DNA of 64,000 nucleotides from positions 11,019 to 75,018 of the forward strand of contig CAZYTL010000006.1 of assembly GCA_964650355.1 (NCBI GenBank), in the 5' to 3' direction. The notes beneath the pieces were generated by a model that made no database searches, had not been told where the DNA came from, and saw only the letters and a program-made list of their open reading frames with translations. The position numbers were made by a program, and so were the translations under genes. The DNA is from an uncultured Gammaproteobacteria bacterium. GTDB lineage: Bacteria; Patescibacteriota; Microgenomatia; CAYXHB01; CAZYTL01. Of the stretch, positions 17,072-27,139 are shown piece by piece. Every line of letters starts with the position of its first letter. The first letter of the stretch is position 1.

Positions 17072-17860
17072 TTAATTGGCAGAATTATAATACTTTAGCG
17101 CTCGATGCCAGGTGAGATGAGCCAAGAACATGGTTACACAGGCGGCAAAAGGTACGACAAGCCAGAGCACGATAGGGGAGCGACGCATTAAAGTGAATAC
17201 AGGAATGGTGGTGATGATAATAGTAGGGAAGAGGACAGTGGCAAGGAGTTTGGCTAGACCGGAATAGACAGTGCTGGGGTATTGACCGTAAACCCAAGTG
17301 ATATTGAGTACGTTATTAGTAAAGCCGGACTTTTCACCATGCGGGGCAATCAGGAACAGATAAGTAAACCAGATGCCATAGAGTAATAAACTACTAATGG
17401 GAACGGCGATGAGCAAGAAAAGCAGAAGAGCTAAAGAACTTAAGACATTTAATTGATTAAAGAAGTAAAATGAGGCGATGAATCCGCCGATCAAGTCGGT
17501 GAAGGCAAACAAATTAGGTTTGTAAGTAGAAACTAACCAAAGATGATTCAGAGGTTTGATGAGCATGAAATCCATTTGATTGGTATTAAAAGCCTGATAA
17601 GCGATGAAATTAATATTGATCGAGCAAACAATCCAATACAGTCCTTTGACCGCGTGAAAGAAACTTAAAAAGGCCAGAAGTTCCGTTCTGGAATATTGAA
17701 GATTAAATCCGGTGATAATCACGTCCAGAAAAATATAACTGAGCAGGATATAAGCGGAGTGGGCGAGGAAGGAGAATAAAGCCCACAGAGGCTTGTAGGC
17801 CAGTTGATCCTGGACGGCAATATTGAGAAATTTGAGGTAGAGTTTAAGGTATTTGGTCAT
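17072..17860 (-). CDS. ABC-2 family permease (DUF990/ABC2_membrane_6)
   Basis: Six TMs, MDFMLIKPLN, GQYPSTVY, C-terminal ALKYYNSAN. Confidence 0.85.
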   Translation of the reverse strand: MTKYLKLYLKFLNIAVQDQLAYKPLWALFSFLAHSAYILLSYIFLDVIITGFNLQYSRTELLAFLSFFHAVKGLYWIVCSININFIAYQAFNTNQMDFMLIKPLNHLWLVSTYKPNLFAFTDLIGGFIASFYFFNQLNVLSSLALLLFLLIAVPISSLLLYGIWFTYLFLIAPHGEKSGFTNNVLNITWVYGQYPSTVYSGLAKLLATVLFPTIIITTIPVFTLMRRSPIVLWLVVPFAACVTMFLAHLTWHRALKYYNSAN

Positions 17861-17886
17861 AAATTTTAAATTCGAAATTGGAGCGA

Positions 17887-18669
17887 TTACCCTCCTACTG
17901 CTTCATAAAGATAAAGCACTCGATTCCAGATATAACGACTAATGATGCTTAAAATGGCCAACCAAACAATTCCGTTAAGGAATACCGGGAGAAAGGTGAC
18001 GTTTTGATTAAATACGGCTTCAATAGGCACGGACACGATCCACCGAGTAGGTAAGATTCTGACCAGCCATTGATAATTGTCGGGTAAAAGCCATAAAGGG
18101 AGTTGAGCGCCAATTAAAAAGGGGAGCAAGATGTCAAATATTAAATATAGTGAATTAGGCCTGATCCACACAAAGGCAATACATCCAAGCAAAAAGCTGA
18201 TCAGCAACGAGATCGTCCAACCGATCACCACTAAAGGTAAGGCCATGATAATTTGGCTGAAGTTTAGAGGGAGTTGCAGCACAGTACCAAATTGCCAGCT
18301 GAGTAAATACAAAGCAATTAAATTAACAAATAAGTTAATCAGGCCGCTAGCCAAAATGTTGCATATGGTTATGCCTATATAGGGGAAAGGCTGGAGCAAA
18401 TATTGGGATAGTTCTCCCCGATGAATATCATGAGCCATGCGATGATAAAAACGCTCGCTAGCGAAGCCGCTAATGATGCCAGCAAGCACATAAAACTGCC
18501 ATAAATGTTGGAAAACATCCTGCGGGCGGAAGGCTTTCCACACGCTAAGGGTAAAAAGTAGAGAGATAAAATCTGAAGTTAGCCAAAGGATCAGGTCGGT
18601 GCGATGTTCAAAGATGATACTGAGACGCAATTGAAACGTGAGCCAGCCGACTCTGAAAAACCTAACCAT
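17887..18669 (-). CDS. ABC-2 family permease (DUF990/ABC2_membrane_6)
   Basis: DIHRGELSQYLLQP, GAQLPLWLLP, C-terminal YEAVGG. Confidence 0.85.
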   Translation of the reverse strand: MVRFFRVGWLTFQLRLSIIFEHRTDLILWLTSDFISLLFTLSVWKAFRPQDVFQHLWQFYVLAGIISGFASERFYHRMAHDIHRGELSQYLLQPFPYIGITICNILASGLINLFVNLIALYLLSWQFGTVLQLPLNFSQIIMALPLVVIGWTISLLISFLLGCIAFVWIRPNSLYLIFDILLPFLIGAQLPLWLLPDNYQWLVRILPTRWIVSVPIEAVFNQNVTFLPVFLNGIVWLAILSIISRYIWNRVLYLYEAVGG

Positions 18670-18731
18670 TAGTTAGCAGTATAGCAAATTCACCCGTTTA
18701 TAAATTTCCAGAGCGATGATATACTTAATTT

Positions 18732-18995
18732 ATGGCAACGCAAAAAGAAAAGATAGAAAAAAAGCAACTAGAAGTAAAGGCTGACACCTTTACGGGTAGC
18801 CTATACTCCCAATTTGTGGGCGTAACAGTTACTGATTTAGACATTACCCTGGAGTTTGTATTTATCAATACCCGAACAGGGAAACACGGTGAGGTGGTTT
18901 CAAGAGTTACTTTGCCCAGACAAGCGGGTGAAGGATTAGCGAAAGTAATCATGGAGTTAATTGAAAAACATGACGCGCGTAAAAAGGAGGTATAA
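18732..18995 (+). CDS. DUF3467-like small protein
   Basis: YSQFVGVTVTDLDITLEF...VVSRVTLP. Confidence 0.7.
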   Translation: MATQKEKIEKKQLEVKADTFTGSLYSQFVGVTVTDLDITLEFVFINTRTGKHGEVVSRVTLPRQAGEGLAKVIMELIEKHDARKKEV

Positions 18996-18997
18996 AA

Positions 18998-19252
18998 ATG
19001 ACCTACACAATTCCTTATGAGGAGCTGATTGAAAGCACTCAAGAAAATTACAATTTAATAGATCAATTTCCATATTCAGCTAAGGTTGGTTATGTGAGTG
19101 CTATGCCTAATGATAAATACTCATTTATGGAAACCTTTACTTTTCCAGATTTGAACCAAATAGAACATTCTTTGACAGCCTCCGGCAAATATTCGAAAAA
19201 ACTGGTACGGGAAATTATTTCTGGTCTAAAAACCCTTCCGGAATATGATTAG
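18998..19252 (+). CDS. Hypothetical protein, candidate antitoxin
   Basis: Strong SD (AAGGAGG); acidic 84 aa directly upstream of a RelE-like gene. Confidence 0.65.
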   Translation: MTYTIPYEELIESTQENYNLIDQFPYSAKVGYVSAMPNDKYSFMETFTFPDLNQIEHSLTASGKYSKKLVREIISGLKTLPEYD

Positions 19253-19270
19253 GCCAAAGGCCTACATGAG

Positions 19271-19522
19271 ATGAATAACATTACAGCCAATGTTGAAATT
19301 ACAAATAATGCTAGACAGAAAGCCAGAAAATTCAACTTGAAAAAGAAGTTTAACAAGCAAGTTGGTTTTCTGGAGTCTAATCCGAGACATAACTCTCTAA
19401 ACTTCAAGCCCTTGGAATCAGCCCATGGCATATGGAGATTTAGGATCGATAAGCACTTCTGGGGCCTAGTGATAAAGACTTCAAATGGTTTAAGAGTATA
19501 CGATGTGATTAAACATCCTTGA
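19271..19522 (+). CDS. RelE/ParE-superfamily toxin-like protein
   Basis: Basic 83 aa; LESNPRHNSLNFKPL...IWRFRIDKHFWG...VYDVIKH. Confidence 0.7.
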   Translation: MNNITANVEITNNARQKARKFNLKKKFNKQVGFLESNPRHNSLNFKPLESAHGIWRFRIDKHFWGLVIKTSNGLRVYDVIKHP

Positions 19523-19547
19523 GACGAGGTCCCGTTACTGTTAATAA

Positions 19548-20303
19548 TCAATAAATTCGTTGATTTAATTGATAGAGTAGGGAAGTGAAGAAGAGTAAGT
19601 TGAGACAATGCTTCTTAAGTAGTCGCTGAGCTTCTTGGTAGCGAAGTTGAAGGTGATATTTTTGACTTAGGTTAAGGACTTGGCGGGCAGATTTCTGGGC
19701 CAGGGAATGGTTATTAGTGGCTAGATAATATTCGGCCAAGGTAAGTTGGGCATGGGTGAGCCAGATGTGGAGATACAATGAGTCTGACTGGTGTTGGGAT
19801 TCCCGGGTTAAAGTTTTGACGGCTTGGCGCAGTTCTTTTAAAGCCAAGGAGGATCGCTGTTGATTGGTATGTACTCCCCCTAAATAGCTTAAGGCATAAG
19901 CTGCCAAGGCCTGATTCTGCTGTTGCTGCGCCAAGCTTAGTGCTTGTTTGAACTTAGATTCGGCTAAAGAAAGGTTTTTTAAATCTTTGGCTGCCTGTCC
20001 GCAGTGAAGGATGGAGGAAACCTGACCTTCGCCAGTAGAATTAATCGAAGCCTTATCAAACAAGAAGTAGGCGATTTTTATTAAGAAGGTCTGTTGCCAA
20101 TGATGTTTATGATAGTTTTTAAAAGCAATTCCCAGGTGCCCGTAAGCGCCAGCCAACCCTTCCCGGTCACGGATCAGGGAATAGTAAATAATGCCGACCA
20201 GGAATACGGGCATGGACAAAAGCAGGCCCCAGTCTTTTTCTCTAATGGTTTCCCCGGTCAAAAGAAGTTTTCTTTGTTCGTGGGAAGTTAGTTTTTTAGT
20301 CAT
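19548..20303 (-). CDS. TPR-like protein
   Basis: AGAYGHLGIAF, AESKFKQALSLA, AYALSYLGGVH helical repeats. Confidence 0.75.
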   Translation of the reverse strand: MTKKLTSHEQRKLLLTGETIREKDWGLLLSMPVFLVGIIYYSLIRDREGLAGAYGHLGIAFKNYHKHHWQQTFLIKIAYFLFDKASINSTGEGQVSSILHCGQAAKDLKNLSLAESKFKQALSLAQQQQNQALAAYALSYLGGVHTNQQRSSLALKELRQAVKTLTRESQHQSDSLYLHIWLTHAQLTLAEYYLATNNHSLAQKSARQVLNLSQKYHLQLRYQEAQRLLKKHCLNLLFFTSLLYQLNQRIY

Positions 20304-20317
20304 AATTAATGGGACCG

Positions 20318-21097
20318 TTAGCTGCTGGCTGAGGCATATTGGGTAACGGCATAGCGCCAGTATTTAAGACTTAACAAGAGGGCGGCTAAGCCGATGAACA
20401 AAGAGCCAACAATCACATCCGGATGTGTGAGACCCAGGAGGGCTTTGGCAGGAATGGTCATCATGATACCCACGGGAATGACGGTGGTAAAGATGAGATT
20501 GATGGGCCAGCGGTACACGTCAATGGGGATTTTGCCTAAAGAGGTGACGTCACGGTAAATCATGACAGCGTGATCTACCTCAGTGGTAGTAATGCCCAGG
20601 CCGAGGACAAAGATGTGAAAGGCGGTGGCTAGAGTAAGTGCGTTGACGAGTAGTAAGAGAAAGATACCCAAATTCAACCAGGAAGTAGTTACCTGAGGGA
20701 TGATCCAGAGGGTGACGCCTATCAACGGGAGGAGGACGCTAAAGTCAAGGATGTCAATGCCACCGAGAAGGGAGCGGGCCAGGGCATTAAAAGGTTTAAG
20801 AAAGTAGTAGTCAAGTTCGCCGTTAACCACCCGAGAGCGGAAGCGGTACACATCGCGGAAGAGAAACTGGGAGCCGGTATCCACTAAGTTAAAGACCAGA
20901 AAGAAGAAGATGGTTTGGGTGACAGTATAGCCGGATAGGGTCTGAGTACGGGAAACCAGCAGATAAAGGAAGTAGATAAAGGTAATGATACGGGCCACTT
21001 TGCCAAAGATAAAGAGTACGGCGCCGTAACGGGAATAGAGAGCGCCGGAAATGGCTTGGGAATTGATGATCCAGAGGATTTTGAGATTACGGGACAT
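20318..21097 (-). CDS. ABC-2 family permease (DUF990)
   Basis: VVNGELDYYFLKP, GKIPIDVY, C-terminal YASASS. Confidence 0.9.
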   Translation of the reverse strand: MSRNLKILWIINSQAISGALYSRYGAVLFIFGKVARIITFIYFLYLLVSRTQTLSGYTVTQTIFFFLVFNLVDTGSQFLFRDVYRFRSRVVNGELDYYFLKPFNALARSLLGGIDILDFSVLLPLIGVTLWIIPQVTTSWLNLGIFLLLLVNALTLATAFHIFVLGLGITTTEVDHAVMIYRDVTSLGKIPIDVYRWPINLIFTTVIPVGIMMTIPAKALLGLTHPDVIVGSLFIGLAALLLSLKYWRYAVTQYASASS

Positions 21098-21144
21098 AAG
21101 TTAAATTTCTAATCCGCCAGTTGGCGGACTAATTACTAAGGTAT

Positions 21145-21945
21145 TTACCTCCCGGCAGCTTCGTAGCGGCGGAGACCTAAATGCCAGACGATTTGCTGGC
21201 TAAGATAGGCGATGATCAACCAGGCGCTACCGACCAGGAGGCCGATGGCCACGTCGACCAATGGTAACTGTCCTAAATAGACTTTCATGGGGAAAAAGAG
21301 GATGTAAGGAAAAGGTAAATAGAGCAGGAATTTGGCAAAAAAAGCCGGCAGGATGTCGATAGGGAACAGGCCGCCGGCCAGAAAGTCCAACAGGATCCCA
21401 AACACGAATCTGGGGGCCCACCAGTCTTCGACTAACCAAAAGGCGGTAGAGCTAATGAGCAGATTGGCAAAAAAGTAGAGGGAGAGGGCAATGAGAATGC
21501 TAACGAAGGTGGCTAAAAGGTAAAGGGGATGGGTTTGGAAAGTTAAAGGCGGGCGAAAAAGCCAGACAATGGCTAGTACTTCCACGGAAGAGAAACCTAC
21601 GTTGATTAGTTTATCGCTGAGATCTTTGACAAATACATAGCGTAGATAACTAATAGGTTTGAGGAGCGTGTTGGTGAGGTTGCCGGTGACGATTTCTGCG
21701 CCCACGCCTTCACTCAGGTGGGCTGCTAAAATGTAAGACCTGATCAAGGAAATACCCAGAACATAAGTCATGATTTGGGCATGGGAATAGCCAAAGATAG
21801 TGGTGTGGTGTTGATAAACAGTGGTCCAAAGGAAAAAGAGGATGGCTAACTGGAGAACGGCCCGCACCCGCCAGAGGAAGAAGTTGAGCCGGTAAACCAA
21901 GTATTCTTGGAGAGTGGCTTGGATGAGCAGCCAGTACTTGCGCAT
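21145..21945 (-). CDS. ABC-2 family permease (DUF990)
   Basis: EIVTGNLTNTLLKP, GGLFPIDILP, GLRRYEAAGR; likely start MRKYWLL at 21945. Confidence 0.9.
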   Translation of the reverse strand: MRKYWLLIQATLQEYLVYRLNFFLWRVRAVLQLAILFFLWTTVYQHHTTIFGYSHAQIMTYVLGISLIRSYILAAHLSEGVGAEIVTGNLTNTLLKPISYLRYVFVKDLSDKLINVGFSSVEVLAIVWLFRPPLTFQTHPLYLLATFVSILIALSLYFFANLLISSTAFWLVEDWWAPRFVFGILLDFLAGGLFPIDILPAFFAKFLLYLPFPYILFFPMKVYLGQLPLVDVAIGLLVGSAWLIIAYLSQQIVWHLGLRRYEAAGR

Positions 21946-22020
21946 AAGACAATGATCAACCAAATAGACTAATGACCAATGCATTAATTTTAGCAAATAT
22001 TGAAAGGAGACGAAGGAGGT

Positions 22021-22980
22021 TTATATGCTAGTTGGTTTATTGGGGTGTTTGCGCTGCCACCAGCGGCGGCCAAAGATGAAGAGGAGAAGAGCTGGCACCC
22101 AGATGACAGCATAGACGGCCAGCCAAATGGCTTTAGCGGCCAGGTTTTGCAGGGTCTGTAAGAGAGAGCGGACTGCCAGTTTGAATACCACCGCAGGGCG
22201 GAAGGTTTCGGAAGGCGTGTAGGGCAAGGCGAGTTCGTCAGTAGACAGGTAGATGGTGAGTTTGGCCAGCTTGGCGGTTTGTTCCAGGTATTGTTGGCGG
22301 CCAATAAGGTTGTCGATCTGATCCTGAAGGTTAAGCACTTCTCTTTGCGCTTGAAGGATTTGGTCAAAGTTGGTGGCTTGATCCAGAAGTTGCTCAAATT
22401 TAGCCTGGGTTTTGCGCAGGCGGGAGATTCTGGTTTCCAGGTCCTGATACTGATCAGTCACGTCATGGCCGTAAAGGTTTTCAGAGGAGACTTTGATGGA
22501 TAGGGAGCGATAGTATTCTAAGGTTTGGTCTAAGGTCTCTGAAGGCACCCTAACTACCACGGTGGCAAAGGGGGCGTCTTCCGGTTGGTTGAGGGTGCTG
22601 GAAACCATATAACCGCCGGATTGAGAAGCGTAGGTGATGATTTGGTTGACTGTTTGTCTGACATTGTTAACGACCAAAGACAAATAGGACTCCTGGACGA
22701 CCATCCGGTTGGAAACGTCCGTGGTGGGAGGGGCTTCGGCTGGAGCAGGAACACGAGGAAGGGAAAGGCCTGAAGTTTTGGCGTTTGTAGGCATGCTTAA
22801 GCCGGCTGATTCGCCCATGGCCATGTCGCTGGTGTAGGAGGGGAACGTTGCCTGGCGGGAAAGATTAGAAACGGAAATGCCGAAGAAAGAGTTAATGAAG
22901 GAACGGCCAAATAAAAAGACAATCACCAAAATTAAGAAGCTGGCCAGTTTGTTACGCTTGATCCAAGAGATGATACTCAT
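22021..22980 (-). CDS. DUF4349 domain protein
   Basis: GGYMVSS, VRVPSE, DVTDQYQDLETRI, IDNLIGRQQYL; TMs at both ends. Confidence 0.9.
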   Translation of the reverse strand: MSIISWIKRNKLASFLILVIVFLFGRSFINSFFGISVSNLSRQATFPSYTSDMAMGESAGLSMPTNAKTSGLSLPRVPAPAEAPPTTDVSNRMVVQESYLSLVVNNVRQTVNQIITYASQSGGYMVSSTLNQPEDAPFATVVVRVPSETLDQTLEYYRSLSIKVSSENLYGHDVTDQYQDLETRISRLRKTQAKFEQLLDQATNFDQILQAQREVLNLQDQIDNLIGRQQYLEQTAKLAKLTIYLSTDELALPYTPSETFRPAVVFKLAVRSLLQTLQNLAAKAIWLAVYAVIWVPALLLFIFGRRWWQRKHPNKPTSI

Positions 22981-23133
22981 TAAGTTTAATTTAGGCGAAA
23001 AGGAGGGGTAAGTCAAGTAGAGAGAGATAGGCTTTTAGAGGCGGGTTAAGTTAATTGATTGCGAAGATTATATTGTAAAACGGATGATAAATGGCTAATG
23101 AAAAGTGGTGTCCTAACCGCATATAATAGAGAT

Positions 23134-25059
23134 ATGAAACTGGAGGAATTGGAACAGTTAAGTAAGTTGATGCGCTATTGGGTGTTGAAGATGACTACTG
23201 AATCCGGGTCCGGACACCCGACCAGTTGTTTATCTAGCGTGGAATTGATGATAGGGTTGATGTTCGGGGGTTTCTTTAGATTCAAGATTCAAGATTCAAG
23301 ATTCGAGAATAATGACAGGTTGATTTTTTCCAAGGGACATGCGGCGCCGTTGTTGTATGCCTTGTGGGCCGGAGCGAAGGATAGCTCGATTACAGAACAG
23401 GATTTAATGAGTCTAAGAAAATTTGACAGTCCGTTGGAAGGGCATCCCACGCGGCGGTTTGCTTATACCGAAGTGGCCACCGGATCCTTGGGGCAAGGTT
23501 TGTCTGTGGGAGTAGGCATGGCTTTGAATGCCAAGCTGAACAAGTTACCTTACCGCACCTTTGTGTTGCTGGGGGACAGCGAGATGGCGGAAGGGTCGAA
23601 TTGGGAAGCGATTCAACTGGCTAAACATTACAAATTAGACAATTTGATGGGGATCATTGACGTGAACCGCCTGGGCCAGAGAGGACAAACCATGTACGGG
23701 CACGATGTGGTGGCTTACAAACGGAGGTTAAAAGGGTTTGGCTGGCAAACGTACACGGTTGACGGGCATGACCTGGAGCAGATTTTAAGTGTTTATAAGC
23801 AGGCGATGAAGATTAAAGGTCGGCCGGTGATGGTGATTGCGAAGACGGTTAAGGGCAAGGGAGTGTCATTTTTGGAAGATAAGAACGGTTGGCACGGCAA
23901 AGCGCTGTCAAAAACAGAATTGGATCAGGCGATGAAGGAATTGGGTGAAGTGAATACGGAAATCAGAGGAATATTGATGAAGCCCGAAGAAGTTGAACAG
24001 TCCAAGAAGCAAAAAAAGGCGGTAGTTGAGGTGGATGATGATTATGGTCAGCCTCTGGCTACCCGGAAGGCTTACGGGCACGCGCTGGTAAAACTGGCTC
24101 CGGCTTACCCCCAAATGGTGGTACTGGACGCGGAAGTGAGCAATTCAACTTACAGTCAGGAGTTTAAGCAGGCTTATCCGCAACGATTTTTGGAGATGTT
24201 TATTGCCGAACAAAACATGGTAGGTACAGCAGTGGGTTTGGCTTTGCGAGGCAAGATTCCCATGGTGTCCACGTTCGCAGCGTTTTTTACCAGGGCGGTG
24301 GATCAGATCCGGGTGGCCCAATATTCTGAAGTAAACGTGAATTTTGTGGGGTCACACGGTGGAGTGTCGATAGGGGAAGACGGGCCTACCCAGATGGGAT
24401 TGGAGGATTTGTCTATTTTCAGGTCTATCCTGGGGAGCACGGTGTTGTACGCAGCGGATCATGTATCTGAAGAGCAGCTGGTGAAGGCAATGATTGAGCA
24501 GCCGGGAATTTGTTATATGCGCACCACCAGGATGGATACGCCGTCTTTGTATCAGCCGGATGAGGAATTTAAGATCGGAGGCAGCATGGTAGTGAAACAA
24601 AGCAAAGAAGACCAGGTGACGGTGATGGGGGCGGGGGTGACGTTGTATGAGGCTTTGAAGGCTTACGAGGAGTTGCTAAAGGAAGGGATCAAGGTGCGGG
24701 TGATTGATTTGTATTCGATCAAGCCTTTGGACGTGGAAACCTTGAAGAAGGCGGCTGAAGAGACCAAAGCTATGATCACGGTTGAAGATCACTTTGCTGA
24801 GGGAGGAATGGGAGAGGCGGTGGCGAGTGGGTTACGTCATCCTGGAGGGACTCCGATGTTACAGCGGAGGACCGATAGGATCTCATCCCAAGGGGATTCT
24901 ATCGCTTCGCTCCAGAATGACGGACGTTATCCGATTTACTCCCTGGCGGTGCGCAAGATGCCAAGAAGCGGCAAACCGGAAGAGTTATTAGCTTATGAAG
25001 AGATCGACTCTGGAGCGATTGTGAAGAAGGTAAAGGAGATAATAAAGAGTGAGATTTAA
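23134..25059 (+). CDS. tkt: Transketolase, carrying an in-frame palindromic insertion
   Basis: SGHPTS, SKGHAAP, LEGHP, TGSLGQG, GDSE.AEG, IAEQNM, GEDGPTQ; start MKLEEL after TATAAT. Confidence 0.96.
   Translation: MKLEELEQLSKLMRYWVLKMTTESGSGHPTSCLSSVELMIGLMFGGFFRFKIQDSRFENNDRLIFSKGHAAPLLYALWAGAKDSSITEQDLMSLRKFDSPLEGHPTRRFAYTEVATGSLGQGLSVGVGMALNAKLNKLPYRTFVLLGDSEMAEGSNWEAIQLAKHYKLDNLMGIIDVNRLGQRGQTMYGHDVVAYKRRLKGFGWQTYTVDGHDLEQILSVYKQAMKIKGRPVMVIAKTVKGKGVSFLEDKNGWHGKALSKTELDQAMKELGEVNTEIRGILMKPEEVEQSKKQKKAVVEVDDDYGQPLATRKAYGHALVKLAPAYPQMVVLDAEVSNSTYSQEFKQAYPQRFLEMFIAEQNMVGTAVGLALRGKIPMVSTFAAFFTRAVDQIRVAQYSEVNVNFVGSHGGVSIGEDGPTQMGLEDLSIFRSILGSTVLYAADHVSEEQLVKAMIEQPGICYMRTTRMDTPSLYQPDEEFKIGGSMVVKQSKEDQVTVMGAGVTLYEALKAYEELLKEGIKVRVIDLYSIKPLDVETLKKAAEETKAMITVEDHFAEGGMGEAVASGLRHPGGTPMLQRRTDRISSQGDSIASLQNDGRYPIYSLAVRKMPRSGKPEELLAYEEIDSGAIVKKVKEIIKSEI
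24835..24922. repeat. REP doublet inside the tkt reading frame
   Basis: CGTCATCCTGGAG...GATAGGATCTC / GGGATTCTATCG...CTCCAGAATGACG. Confidence 0.85.
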
Positions 25060-25082
25060 TTATCAGTGTTTTGGTACTTTTT

Positions 25083-25739
25083 ATGAATGAATTTGAGGTT
25101 AAACTTGAGCAAAGGTTAAAAGACATGTTTGCTAATGAATCAAGCGGACATGATCCGAATCATTTAAAGCGGGTTTATAATCTGGCTACTCGCATTCAAG
25201 ATCAAGAAGGTGGTGATCGACTGGTAATCGGAGCTGCTGCCTTTTTGCATGATTTACATAGATTAATGGGAAAGGATCGGGGTAAGTATTGTGACCCCAA
25301 GGAGTCTCTGCCTTTGGTGGAAAAACTGTTGAAGGAGGTAGAATTTCCGGCTACCAAAATTCCTCCGGTTCTACACTGCGTCGAATTTCATGAAGAGTAT
25401 GCCTTTTCAGATCAAGGCAAAACAGTAACTGACCTGGAAACTTTGATCATTCAGGACGCGGATAATTTAGACGCCATAGGAGCAATTGGAATCGGGAGAA
25501 CTTTTACTTTTGGCGGAGCGCATGGGGTGCCCATGTGGGTACCAGAGAGACCCTTTGACAGAGATACTTATGATGAGGCGGTGGGCGATCCTTCGACGAT
25601 CCATCATTTTTATAGCAAATTATTAAAATTAAAAGACAATATGAATACTGAAACAGGTAAACGGATGGCTGAAGCCAGGCATGAATTTATGGAATTATTT
25701 TTGGATCACTTTTTTAAAGAGTGGAAAGGTGAATTATAA
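25083..25739 (+). CDS. HD-domain phosphohydrolase (YedJ/YpgQ-like)
   Basis: GHDPNHLKRV, AFLHDL, QDADNLDAIGAIGIGR, HFYSKLLKL. Confidence 0.93.
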   Translation: MNEFEVKLEQRLKDMFANESSGHDPNHLKRVYNLATRIQDQEGGDRLVIGAAAFLHDLHRLMGKDRGKYCDPKESLPLVEKLLKEVEFPATKIPPVLHCVEFHEEYAFSDQGKTVTDLETLIIQDADNLDAIGAIGIGRTFTFGGAHGVPMWVPERPFDRDTYDEAVGDPSTIHHFYSKLLKLKDNMNTETGKRMAEARHEFMELFLDHFFKEWKGEL

Positions 25740-25782
25740 TTCGTAGGGATAGAGGAAGTAGTTATTGGTATATAATCCAGGT

Positions 25783-26277
25783 ATGGGGATTTATTTGAGT
25801 CGAAAGTATGTGGAGTGGATTGACGTGGTGAAGGTGCTGCAGAAATGCTCGGTGGTGAATAGTGAAGGGAAGATTCTGGCTGTGAAACGCAGGAGTGGAG
25901 CTCATGTGCGGCCGAATAAGTGGGATTTGCCCGGAGGTAACCTAGACCCGGAAGACATTGCCAACCGAAGTTTTAAAAGCGGGAAAGGTGATGATGATGA
26001 TATTTTGGTTCAGGCAGTGAAGAGGGAGGTGCAAGAAGAGACAGGTCTGAAAGCGGCCAAGGGATCGATGAAGTCGATTCATGCGGCGTCGGGGTTTGAC
26101 GAGAACAAGAAGTTATTGGCGATCGGGATCGGTTATCAGTGCAGAGTCACAGATTCTAAGGTGAAGTTAAGCAAAGAGCACCAAGATTTCAAATGGGTGA
26201 CGAAGGAGGAGTTTTTGCAACTGGATGTGGGTGATGACGGAGGATTGATTAAGGGGATTGTGGAGAAGGTGAAGTGA
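25783..26277 (+). CDS. NUDIX hydrolase
   Basis: WDLPGG...AVKREVQEETGL, LSKEHQDFKWV. Confidence 0.92.
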   Translation: MGIYLSRKYVEWIDVVKVLQKCSVVNSEGKILAVKRRSGAHVRPNKWDLPGGNLDPEDIANRSFKSGKGDDDDILVQAVKREVQEETGLKAAKGSMKSIHAASGFDENKKLLAIGIGYQCRVTDSKVKLSKEHQDFKWVTKEEFLQLDVGDDGGLIKGIVEKVK

Positions 26278-26395
26278 AGATAATGTCTTGTCCCTGGAGA
26301 TTTATAGCGTTTGGTTAAAGTTAGAGATTCCCTAGACAGTTAATGAATTGCGGATCAGCAAAGATTTAAGTATGATTAATTTAGGGAACGATGGT

Positions 26396-27139
26396 ATGAA
26401 AAACTTGCTGCGGAGGTTTATTTATCCCAATATAATCTGGTGGCCATTAATAGCTATATTCGTGGGTTGGTTTTATAAATCTGGTTGGTCTTTGTATTGG
26501 GGAGGACCCTGGTTAAGATCTTTATTTAGATTTTTTTATTATCCGTTTGTGTTTTTGCCTAAATCTTTTTTTATAGGAGGACGTGATATTTTTGACTTTA
26601 AAATACCTCAAATAATAGGGGCATTTTTAGTTGTCATGTTAACTGCAGTCGGATGGGGATGGTTGGTGAGGACTTTAGTAAAGAGATTGAAATTAAAAGA
26701 GATTCTTTTCTTACCTATAACAGTGATTCTTTTATGCGGATTAGGTTTGATAGGTCATTGGAGTTATATGAATAACTGTGTGGCTAATTACGAAAATAAC
26801 TCTGCTTACCTACACCATACAGGGTTAGTCCATTTTGTGTTTAGTTCTCAGGGTATTTCGTCAACAATGGCTGATTATTTCTATCAAATGAATAATATGG
26901 AGTATATTTCCGGCAAACCTGATTATACAAGAATTATCGCCAAAGTTACTCCGGGTACAGAATTCAAAACGATATGCAAGATTAAGGCCTATGATCGAAT
27001 ATCTGAGGTGACCAGGCCGTTAATTGTCGAGGACGTGATTTTTGGTCCCAATCAAGACATTAGAGAGAATCTAGACTCTAGCTTCTGTGACACCGGGCAA
27101 ATTGAAAAGAATCAATGTCTGGAGTATTTGAATAGATAA
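26396..27139 (+). CDS. Hypothetical membrane protein, AT-rich, between direct repeats
   Basis: Three to four N-terminal TMs then a soluble domain with Cys; flanked by 37-bp direct repeats. Confidence 0.7.
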   Translation: MKNLLRRFIYPNIIWWPLIAIFVGWFYKSGWSLYWGGPWLRSLFRFFYYPFVFLPKSFFIGGRDIFDFKIPQIIGAFLVVMLTAVGWGWLVRTLVKRLKLKEILFLPITVILLCGLGLIGHWSYMNNCVANYENNSAYLHHTGLVHFVFSSQGISSTMADYFYQMNNMEYISGKPDYTRIIAKVTPGTEFKTICKIKAYDRISEVTRPLIVEDVIFGPNQDIRENLDSSFCDTGQIEKNQCLEYLNR

